A stretch of DNA of 63,330 bases, filler included, from Reclinomonas americana ATCC 50394 (lineage: Eukaryota), in NCBI GenBank assembly GCA_048213135.1. It is 16 parts of 16 records of this genome, joined end to end, with 100 filler letters (N's around TTAATTAATTAA, not from the genome) between each part and the next. Parts side by side here need not be neighbours in the genome. Positions count along the whole stretch, not along the records: positions 43,311 to 50,291 come from AFZH01020376.1; positions 50,392 to 52,977 come from AFZH01020377.1; positions 53,078 to 57,385 come from AFZH01020379.1; 13 more parts are not named here. One strand, given 5' to 3'. Below the pieces are notes generated by a model. The model was not told the DNA's origin. It was given only the letters and a program-made list of their open reading frames with translations, and searched no databases. The stretch's first letter is position 1. Every line of letters starts with the position of its first letter. This document shows positions 43,400-53,916 of this stretch, piece after piece. The position numbers were made by a program, and so were the translations under genes.

Positions 43400-46300
43400 T
43401 GTGTGTGTGAATGAGAGAGGCACACACACTTGCACACTCTTACTCCACACACTCACTGTTGCTCTTCATTCTCGCAGGACCACATGAGGTTTGTGTGTCT
43501 ATGTGTTCGTGAAGTGTGCATTGTTTGTGCATGTGTGTGTGCATGAGTGTGTGAGTGTGTGTGTGCATGTGTGTGCGTCTGTGTGCGTCTGTGTGTGCTT
43601 GAGTGTGTGCGTCTCTTTGCGTTTCTCAACAACATGTCCACCTCACTTGCACACTCGGACAGACCGACAGTGGCGCTCTCGGCAGGTTAGTCTCTCTCTG
43701 TCTGTCTCTCTCTCTTCTGTGCATCTGCCTGCTCACTGTGTTCCACAGACCATTATCTCCGCCAATGGGACCCGAAGCAACTCCGACGGCGACGGTGAAT
43801 GCTGATTCTCTCTCTCACGCGCACACGCGGTCACTTGTGCATACACATGCGTCTCAGATGCACACGTGCAGTGTCTGCTCCTCTCTGTTCGTTGTCATTC
43901 ATCAATCATTCATCTCAGGCCCTCTCTTTCTCATTCATCATCTCCATCGCATACTCACACACTCTCCCGTCCTCGCACTCTCGCATTACGAGACTCTCTC
44001 TCTCTCTCTCTGACGCACACACGCTCACACTCTGTCACTTTGAGTCTCTGTACCTGACCCTCTTCTTCTTCTCACTCTTCGGCACCTCCTGCTCCTTTCC
44101 TTGCTCCTCCTCTTGCTCCTTATCCTTCTGCTCCTCCTGCTTCTCCTCCTGCTTCTCCTCCTGCTTCTCCTCCTGCTGCTCCTCGTGCTGCTCCTCATCT
44201 GCTCCTTCTGCTGCTCCTCCTCTGCTCCTCCTCTGCTCCTCCTCCTGCTCCTTGTCCTCCTGCTCCTCCTGTTGCTTCTCCTCTGCTCTTCCTGTTGCTT
44301 CTCCTCTGCTCTTCCTGCTGCTCCTCCACTGCTCTTCCTGCTGCTCCCCCTCTGCTGCTCCCCCTCTGCTGCTCCTCCTCTGTTCCTGCTGCTTCTCCTC
44401 GTGCTTCTGCTCCTCCTCTGCTCTTCCTGCTGCTCTTTCTGCTGCCTCCTGCTGCTCTTCCTGCTGCTCCTCCTCTGCTCCTCCTGCTGCTCCTCCTGCT
44501 GCTTCTCCTCTGCTCTTTCTGCTGCTCCTCCTTTTGCTCCTTTTGCTCCTCCTCCTGCTCCTCCTGCTGCTCCCCTGCTGCTCCCCTGCTCCTCCTGCTG
44601 CTCCTCCTGCTGCTCCCCTGCTCCTTCTGCTGCTCCTTTTGCTCCTCCTCCTGCTCCTCCTCCTGCTCCTCCTCCTGCTCCTTTTGCTCCTCCTCCTGCT
44701 CCTTTTGCTCCTCCTCCTGCTCCTCTTGCTGCTTCTGCTCCTTCTCGTTCTCCCTCTTCTCTGCTGTCTTCTTTTGCCACTGCCTCCCCCCATCTCCCTT
44801 TCCCTTCATCCCTTTCACCTCCTCTCTCTCACCTCTCCTCCCTCTCCCCTTTCGCTTCCCTTCTCACCTCCTTCCCTCTTACCACAGGATGCCGCCGACA
44901 GCACAACAGCCGCCGCCGCAGCAAACGGCACCGGCGGCGAAGGAATGCTAATGAGAAGAAAGAGCACACGCAGGAGGAGACAGGTCCGTACGTGCGCGCT
45001 CACCCCTCACTCCTTTTTCCCCCGTGCTCATTCTCCTCCCCGGGCGCAGTCCTCCATCTCGTCGCTGTACCGCAGCAACTCGCTCGTGCCGCGCAGCATG
45101 GAAGACGTGATCGACTTGCGCAAGTTCGAGCCCGGTTCTGACGGTGCTGCACTCACTTACAGGCTCGTGCACTATGGCAATCTCTCATTCCCTCCTGCAG
45201 AAACATTCTTCCGCAACCCGCTGCACAACATGGAGCTGCCGGATGTCGCCGGTCTGCGCATGGCACCCGCAGCGGAGCCACCAGTGCGTGCTTGAAGGGG
45301 GAGCGGGAAGGAAAGTGCGTTAGTTAGCTCATCTGTATGGCATTGCAGAAACTGTGCTTGTACTACTACCCTGTGCGTGGTCACGCCGAGGTCATCCGCT
45401 TGTGTTTGGAGGTTGCCGAGTGTCCGTATGATGATCGACGAGTGGAGGAGGTGAGTGTTCGCGAGATCCTTTCATGGCTGTCCTTTCCTCCTTCTCCCTT
45501 CCCCTCACCCTCTCTTCTTCTCCCTTCCCCACACCCTCTCTTCTTCTCCCCGTACCCTCGCAGAGCGAATGGCCGGAACTAAAACGCAGCGGCCTGTTCG
45601 AGTTTGGCCAACTGCCCGGCCTCGAAATCGAACCCGGCAAGATGCTCGTGGAAACCGGCGCTATTGTCATGGTCTGCGCTTCCACACTTCTGCTCCTCAG
45701 CGCATCATCGTTGTTCACCCACATGCCCTGCACGCGCAGTACATTGCACAAATGTACATGCTGGAGCCGGCGGATCCCGTCGACCGTGCTCGTGCTCGCG
45801 AGCTGTGGTACGCCATCAATGAGTGCCGCGACCCGCTGATTGTGGCCAAGTACGGTCACCTGTTTGAGCACACGGAGGAGGAGAAGGTGCGTGGAGCGAG
45901 ACAGGAAAGGAGGGAAAGGGCGAGGAGTCGAAGGGAAATGGGAGAAAGGGAACTGGGGAAAAGAGAGAGCGAGATGGGAGAGAGAGATAGAGAGAGGGAG
46001 TGGTGGGAAAGCATCCCGTTCTCTTTTCCCGTTTCCGTCGCTACTTTCCCTCATTCCCTTCCTTGAGATGAGAGGAAGATCTTGAAGAGTTGAAGAGGTC
46101 GAGAGGAGAATGAGAGGGAGATGGGTTGTTCCTCACTCTCTTTCCCTCTTTCCCGTGTTCCCCCTTCTCTTTTCCCACTGCCGTCGCTCCTTTCCCTCAT
46201 GCCCTTCCCTCCACGAAATGAGAGGAAGATCTTGAAGAGCTGAAGAGCGTGAGAGGAGAATGAGAGAGATGGGTTGTTCCTCACTCTCTTTCCCTCTTTC

Positions 46301-47807
46301 CCGTGTTCCCCGTTCTCTTTTCCCATTTCCGTCGCTCCTTTCTTTCATACCCTTCCCTGCTTGAGATGAGAGGATGATCTTGAAGAGTCAAAGAGGGCGA
46401 GAAGAGATGAAGAAAGGGAGAGTTTTTCCTCTTTCCCTCTTTCTCCTCACTCTGTTTCCCTCATGTCCTTCCCCGCTTGCTCTCTTCCATCCTTTCCCTC
46501 GTACTCTTTACTTCTATTCTTCTCTCATTCCTCCCTATCCTTTCATTCTCCTCTCTCCATCTCCAGCTGTTTAGGTCTTCGCTCTTGTCTCCATTCCTCT
46601 TGTACTCTTCACCTTTTCCTCGTACTCTTTCCTTCTTTTCTCCCGTCCATCTCCTTCCATTCCCTCCAACTTTTCGGTCTTCGCTCTTGTCTCCATTCCT
46701 CTTGTACTCTTCACCTTTTCACCATTTCCATCCTTCGTGTCTGCCTCTCTTTGCCTCTTTCCGTCTTCACTTTCCGCTTTCACCCTTTCCCTCTCTACCC
46801 TTTCCCTCTCACCCTTTCCGTGCCTACCCCTTCCCTCTCTACCCCTTCCCCCTTCCCCTCTCACCCTTTCCTTGCTTGTCCAGGCCGCCGCGTTCGCCCG
46901 CTTCCAAGACGAACTCGTCCCCGCCTCGTTCCCCGAACTGCAGCGCCGGTTAACTGGCGACAGCGCCGGTCCATTCCTCTTTGGCAGCAAGGTGTGTGCA
47001 ACTACTCTCACCCACCACACACACACACGCATCCACTCGTTGAGCAGTCATTCACACAGTCGGACACTCTCTCTTTCTCTTTCTTCTTCATTCTTTTGCT
47101 TACTCTCCTTACTCTTTATCTCTGTATCTCTCTCTCACTCTGTTCCTGTCTTCACTCACTCCCTATTCACCCTCTCCTTCTCACCTCTCTTCTCTCGTCC
47201 CTCTATTTGTCAATCTCGCTCTCAAGTTGCTCACATGCAAATGTGAGAGACCCTGCACTTAACAATAGAATGAATTCTCCTCTCGTTCCTCTCCTGTCTT
47301 CTACTTCTCTTTCTCTCTCTCTCTCACTCTCACACTCGCATTTAGCACACGTGCATATCTGAGAGACCCTGCACTTAAAAGTATGCATTCGCCTCTCGTT
47401 CCTCTCCTCTCCTCTTTTCTATCCCGCAATCTCTCTCATTCGCATCAAGCACACATGCACATGTGAGAGACCCTGCACATAAAATGTATGTGTTCTCCTC
47501 TCCGTCCTCTCCCTCTTCTCTCTCTCTCTCTCTCTCCCTCCTCTCATTCTCTCCCTCTCTCCTACTCTCTTCTCCTCTCCCTCTCCTCTCCTTCTCTCCT
47601 TCTCTTCCCCCTTCTCTCCCTCACTTCCCTTGTCTCACACAGCTGACGTACGCGGACCTCGCCCTCTTCGACCTCCTCGATCAGTATCACGAGGTGAACC
47701 AGCTGTGGACCAGCAAGTACCCGCTGCTCAGCTCGTTCCTGAGTCGCGTGGCCAGCTACCCGCAAGTGGCCGACTATATCACCTCGCTGCGGCGGCCACC
47801 ATTCTAA
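42917..47807 (+). CDS. Tyr-type cytosolic glutathione S-transferase (sigma/pi/mu-like) with a long N-terminal extension, probably starting MGCC
   Basis: KLCLYYYPVRGHAEVIRLCL, WPELK..FEFGQLPGL..LVETGAI..YIA, FLFGSKLTYADLALFDLL, YPLLSSF..RV..P.VADYI..RRPPF*. The upstream exon ending AEPP (~45283) splices in phase to the GST exon at 45349. The link to ATG 42917 crosses a gap. Confidence 0.9.
44085..44760. repeat. CTC/CTG/CTT triplet-like low-complexity intronic tract
   Basis: Runs of (CTGCTCCTC)-type units; open in many frames on both strands. Confidence 0.85.
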
Positions 47808-47969
47808 TCTCCTTGTTGCTTGCTTTCTTTCATTCTTTTATCACCCTCCCTGTTCCATGCACACCGCTCTTCCGCTGTCGCTCGGCAAAGCGGAAGATTT
47901 TGAATGACTTGCAAAACAGTGCATAATTTATGATTTTTTCTCGTGGATTGCCCCTCCCTCCTGCACGTC

Positions 47970-50900
47970 TCATGAGGCGGCCCCATTCGTCGTCGTTGTC
48001 GTTGCCGAAGTGGTGACAGAGGAGGAGAGCGGCGGAGTGGGTGCCGAGGCCGCGATGCCCCACACCGACGGCAGCACACGGCGGCAGGCGACAATCTCCA
48101 GCGCGCTCTTCGGCGACGCCGACGAGTAGGTCAGGTAAATTCTTCTCGGCATTTGTGGCCACGGCAATGCCTGAGTACAGAGATGATGATGACAACAGGA
48201 GTGGATAAGAGAGGGAAAAGGCAGACGCAACGGGGGAGACGTCGGCATTCGTGTACACGGTAATGGTCTGCTCGCGCAAATTGAACAGGAGACGAAACAG
48301 TTCGCCACTCCGCGGTTTCCGCACGGGACCGAGCAGATCTTGCCCGCCGGGGAACACCAGCAGCGGCGTGTTGTTGGTGTAAAAGAAGACGCCGAAATTG
48401 GGGGAGGAGGCGAAGAAGGAGATACCCTCCCAGTCGGAGAAGCCGTCGGTGGTGAAGCCGATCATTTCGTGTTGGGCGGAGGTGTTTAGTCTGCGGGATA
48501 AAAGGGGAAAGGGGAGAAGGGAGAAGGGAGACGGGCAAGGAAAGGGAGGTAGAGGATTGTGAGGAGCTTGTATGCAAAAACAGGGCACTGCAAATCTCCC
48601 GAGAGCTGATCTCGCTGCATGAATTGTCACACGCACACTACAAGGTCTCAGGGAGCAACTTACATGACTCGATTCTGTCAAAGACGAGGCGCTACCTGTA
48701 CACTGTGAAGTAACTCTGCATCCAGAACAAGATACGCGTGTCCAAGCACTCGCTAAATGTTTTAAAGTACTTCTGCATGCAAAAACAAGAAACGCGTGTC
48801 CAGGACCACACGAGACAGATCGCTGAACGCTGTAATGTACTGCTGCATGCACAACAGGAAACACGTGTCCATGATGCACCACACGAGACAACCGCGGAAC
48901 GCGATGAAGTATTTCTGCATGCAAACAACAGACGCGTGTCCGTGGTGGACCACAAGTGACAAGCACTCGCTGAACGCTGTGAAGCACTGCTGCATGCAAA
49001 ACGAGACGCGCGTCCATGATGGACCAGAACACTCGCTGAACGCTGAGAAGTGCTGCTGCATGCAAGCAAGATACGCGTGTCCATGATGGACCACACGTGA
49101 CATGCACACGCTGAACGCAATGTAGTACTGCTGCATGCAAAACGAGACGCGCGTCTAGGACCACAAGTGACATGCACTCGCTGAATGCAGTACAGTACTT
49201 CTGCATGCAAAACAAAAAATACGTGTCCAGGACCACACGTGACAAGTGAGCTACGAAGTATTTCTGCATGCAAAAATCAAGGTACGCGGGCCACACGAGA
49301 CAAGCACTCGCTGAACGCTATGAAGTACTGCTACATGCAAGACAAGATACGCGTGTCCAGACCACAAGTGACAAACAATCGCTGAACACTGCGACGAACT
49401 TCTGCGTGTAAAAGAGATGCGCGTCCAGACCACAAGTGACAAGCACTCGCTGAATGCAGTACAGTACTTCTGCATGCAAAACAAAAATACGTGTCCAGGA
49501 CCACACGTGACAAGTGAGCTACGAAGTATTTCTGCATGCAAAAAACAAGATACGCGGGTCACACGAGACAAGCACTCGCTGAACGCTACGAAGTACTGCT
49601 CCGTGTAAAGAGACGCGTGTCCAGGACCACAAGTGACAAGCACTCGCTGAACGCTGTGAAGTACTTCTGCATGCAGAACAAGATGCGCTTGTCCGTGATG
49701 GACTTCATGTGACAAACAATCGCTGAACACTACGACGAACTTCTGCGTGCAAATCACGAGAAATGTGTCCATGATGCACCACAAGTGACATGCACTCGCT
49801 GAACGCTCAATCATGTAGCTGCAAGCAGCTTATGAATATCATCATTTGGCATGCATCAAACTTCGCTCACGACAGAAGAACTCCCGCTCGGCTGACTCAA
49901 AGAACACACAAATCGCACTGCAGCGCATTCTTTCAAGCAACCACACAGAACTCTCTCTGAAAGGAAGCTCGCAATAACTCGCTCTGAGAACTTGAAAGAA
50001 TAAATGCAGAATATCGCTACGAATGTCCTTGACACAGTGAAGACTGGGAAGACTCGTCTCGGTCACGGGAAGATGCTCATCCTTAAGAGACACACACTGC
50101 CACGTATTAAATCACTCGGCCATCAGTACCAACAATGAATTCTCTGCCTCCCACAACACCCCTCCGTGTCGCTCCGTCATTGACCAACTCATTCCAGATC
50201 CCCCACGACTTGCTTCTTGCACCCCACCTGCCCCCTTCCCCTTTCTGCCCCTTCCCATTTCTGCCCCCCTTCCCCTTTCTGCCCCTTCCCCNNNNNNNNN
50301 NNNNNNNNNNNNNNNNNNNNNNNNNNNNNNNNNNNTTAATTAATTAANNNNNNNNNNNNNNNNNNNNNNNNNNNNNNNNNNNNNNNNNNNNTTTCTGCCC
50401 CCTTCCCCTTTCTGCCCCCTTCCCTTTCTGCCCCCTTCCCCTTTCTGCCCCCTTCCCCTTTCTGCCCCTTCCCCTTTCTGCCACCTTCCTCTTTCTGCCA
50501 CCTTCCCCTTTCTGCCCCCTTCCCCTTTCTGCCCCCCTTCCCCACTCACCTCAGCACCAACTCAAACGCACACGTGGACCCACTCCCATCATCCACCAGC
50601 GGCTCCTCGCACCGCACCGTCGAGTCCCACAGCTTGGACGTGTGACGCGCCGTCTTGCTATCCTCCGAGATCTCCATCTTGGAGCCACAATACCTCCGTG
50701 ACCAAGTCAGTTCGACGTCTGCATGTTGGTGAGTGAGGATGGCGTCAAAGAGAAGAGAGAGAGAGAGAACCTCCTTGTGTGACCGGAGACAACAAAAGTG
50801 GGGGAGGGACACCTCAACAGAGAAAGAGAGAAAGAGAGAAATAGAGAAAGAAAGAGAGTGAGAAATAGAGAAAGAAAGAGAGTGAGAAAGAGAGATAGAA

Positions 50901-52892
50901 AGAGAGATCGATAAGAGAGAAAGAGAGAAATAGAGAAATAGAGAAATAGACAAGGAGAGAACGAGAAAACGAGAGGAAGAGATAGAAAGAGAGATCGATA
51001 AAGAGAAAAAGCGAGAGATCAGTGAGACGAAAGAGATAGAGAGAGATAGAGAGAAAGAGAAAGAGTGTATGTGTGCACCAGACAGAGTGTGTGTGCAAGA
51101 GAGAAAGAAAGCAACAAAGAAAAAGAGTGTAAGAGAGAAACAAGAAAGAAAAAGAGTGTAAGAGAGAAGCAAGAAAGATAGAGAGAAAGCGAGTGAAAGA
51201 CACGGAGAGAGAAAGAGATCGGGGTGAAAGAATGAGAGAGACAGGGACAGAAGACCAACGCCGGTTCTCAAGACACCCCTCCCCTCCACCCCCTGCACCC
51301 TTCCCCCCTTCTGCGCCGCAACTCTCCGCCAGCGCATTCCATCTCCTCAGCTGCTCCGTCACACCCAAGTCGGGCGGCGCAAACTCAAACTCCAGCCGCG
51401 ACGCCACCACATCCGCCGGCAACAAACGCGTCAATCGCACTTCATCCTGCACGGGTAGCGGTCACAGACACGTCGCAGCAGCATATTCCAGATGGAGAAA
51501 CACACCAAGAACAGCTGCACCGGTATCCGATGAAAGCACAGCTCGTCAAACAGCGGACCACACACCGCGCCGAGCCTCCGCCTGTCGCTGTCGCTCCAGC
51601 TCTCTTGTTGCGAGACCAACAACCCAACTTGGTGACTGCATGCGCGGAGTGTGAGCGCCCACAAAATAACCACGCGCATGATCTCAGGGGGCAAGGACGC
51701 ACCAGCCCCAATGCAGCACCGCTCTCCACAATTGAATCTCTTCCGCGCGCAGCTCTAATGACAGCAGATACCGCAACTGATCCACCGTCAAATGCGTCGC
51801 GCACGTGGGCCGCGCAAAGATGCGCGATGCGTGATCGCAGATCCATCGTTGACAGTCGGTGCAGAAGGGCTCCAGGTCTTGTGCCTCCACCTGCGCCGAC
51901 AAATGAGGAAAAGGAGGGAGTGCACGGCAGTAGGAAATCTTTGGGAGAACGCACCCACACGCCGAGAATGTCCACAGTGTTCTCGTCGGGCGACAGGCGG
52001 TGTAGCAGGTTGGTCATAAAGTCGTTGCAGGTGTGGTAGACGGATTCGATGCGCAGTTCGTCAGCGGCTTTCATCACGGAGACCACTTCGCGGGTTTCTG
52101 GGAGGAGGGGAGTATTAGGGAGAAGGGAGACAGGAACGGGAAAGTAGAGGAAGAGGGGAAGGGAGACGAAGAGGGGAAAGGAGAAAGAGAAGGCAGGATG
52201 TGCTCTTTTCCCCATCGCGCACCTTGAATTACCAACTCCCCCGTGTAAATAAAACGAAGCAATGCCTCCATTGTCGACTTGGTCACGTTTGGTTTCTGTA
52301 CAACGCCCTGCGCCGACTCCATCCAATCTGCAGGAGAAGAGCGGACGCAATTCAGACAGTCGTTTAGTGACAAGGGCTGCGTCCTAGTCACACTCTGATT
52401 CCCTGTCTTCCTCCCGCTCTCTCACTCTCATATACTCATAGGACAGGTCACAACCACACTCTCTTTGTCTTCTCTCTCTCTCTCTATCTCTCTGTCTGCC
52501 TTTTTTCTCTCTCCATGTCGATAGTTTCATCACAGGACATCAGACTCGCTTCCTGTTAACTTTCCCCACTTCTCCTCAGTTCCCCCCCCCCCCAACTAAC
52601 CTCCATCCAACATCACCGCAAAATAGGGCGATCGCGCCCGCAGAAACAACCGATGCGCACGCAGCACGCCTCCATCGCCCGTGTGAATCACCACATCGCC
52701 CGTCTGCTGTGCCGCGGCGTACAACTCGTGCAGAAACGATGTCGTGTCCAGCGTCACCGACAAGGCCGGTCCCAGTGAGCCGGCGGTGGCGGTGGATAAG
52801 AGTGGAAGTGGTGGAGTGGAAGCAGCAGCCGCAGGTGGTGGGGGCTGGGGAGGCGCAGCAGCAGAAGCTGTGGGCTTGAGCATGCCGTTGGC
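47970..52892 (-). CDS. BTB/POZ-BACK protein with C-terminal SPRY/B30.2-like domain (putative Cullin-3 adaptor); 5' end in gap
   Basis: GDVVIHTGDGGVLRAHRLFLRARSPYFAVML..WMES..MEALLRFIYTGEL (BTB); LTVDQLRYLLS..EEIQLWRAVLHW (BACK); WSRRYCGSKMEISEDSKTA, MIGFT, RSGELFRLLFNLREQTITVYTN, PRRIYLTYSSASPKSALEIV (SPRY-like). Confidence 0.88.
48700..49810. repeat. Intronic satellite, ~60-65 bp unit, roughly 17 diverged copies with higher-order duplication
   Basis: Consensus approx. GACAAGCACTCGCTGAACGCTGTGAAGTACTTCTGCATGCAAAACAAGATACGCGTGTCCAGGACCACA(C/A)GT; block 49160-49330 is nearly identical to 49430-49600. Confidence 0.93.
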
Positions 52893-53086
52893 CTGTCAAG
52901 AAGGAAAAATGAGAACCACGGAGTGGTGAAAGGGGAGAGAGAGAGAGAGAGAGAGAGAGGAGGGAGGGGTGGGCGGCNNNNNNNNNNNNNNNNNNNNNNN
53001 NNNNNNNNNNNNNNNNNNNNNTTAATTAATTAANNNNNNNNNNNNNNNNNNNNNNNNNNNNNNNNNNNNNNNNNNNNGTGTGTGTG

Positions 53087-53123
<37 letters not shown>

Positions 53124-53916
53124 CTGCGGCGTTGTTTCACTCTCTCACTCTCGTTCCTCCTCATCTCCGCACTCCGTGGAGTGGCGGCGATGTGTGACTG
53201 CTGTGGAAGGAGAGAAGGAGGGAGACTGAGAGAGAAAACTGATGATTGGAAACATCTGGATCTTCTCTCTTTCTCTCCTTCACTTGTCTTTCTTCACTCT
53301 CTCGCGTGGCATTCATGGATGAGAGACAGAGAAGGAGATTTCAATCGGAGAAAGGCCGGCACCTGGCAACAAGAAACAGATGAAAACATACAGCTGTCTG
53401 AGGTCCTCAATCCGTGGTGTATGAGAACGAGAGCGTGAGACAGAACGAGGAAGAAACAGCGCTATGAATTCCCACGCCCTTCTTCGCACTCCAAAGTTCT
53501 TTCTCTCATCATTTCCAGCTCTATCATCTCACCCAGTTGTCTTCCTCGCCTTCTCTCATCTGTTAAAACTTCCGTCGTCATTCCCTCTCTCTTTTGCTTT
53601 CCTCCACTCTCCTTCTCAGTTCCCACTTTACATTCTCCTTCGCCAATCTCACTTCCTCCTTTCTGCCTCTTCCCTATTCCCATCTTCCCTCTTGCCGTCT
53701 ATTCCTTTCTCCTCTCCCCTTCTCCCTTCCCCTTTCCCTTTCTCCCTTTCTCCCTTCCCCTTCCCCTTCCCCTTCCCCTTCCCCTTTCCCTCCCTTACCC
53801 TTTCCCTCCCTTACCCTTTCCCCCTTCTCCCCTTCCCGCCCTTCCCCTTCCCTCCCTCCCCCTTTTCCTCCCCCTTCCCACCCCTTTCCCCCTTTCCCAC
53901 CCCTTTCCCTCCTCAG

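Noticed and set aside
43799..44880. Poly-Leu and Glu/Gln-rich long ORFs
   Set aside because: Triplet low-complexity tract open in several frames; it ends in a pyrimidine tract and acceptor near 44888, so it is intronic.
48700..49810. CRISPR array or repeat-protein exon (488-aa minus ORF)
   Set aside because: Whole units are homologous with no spacers; the array lies inside a BTB-gene intron whose acceptor is near 48493.
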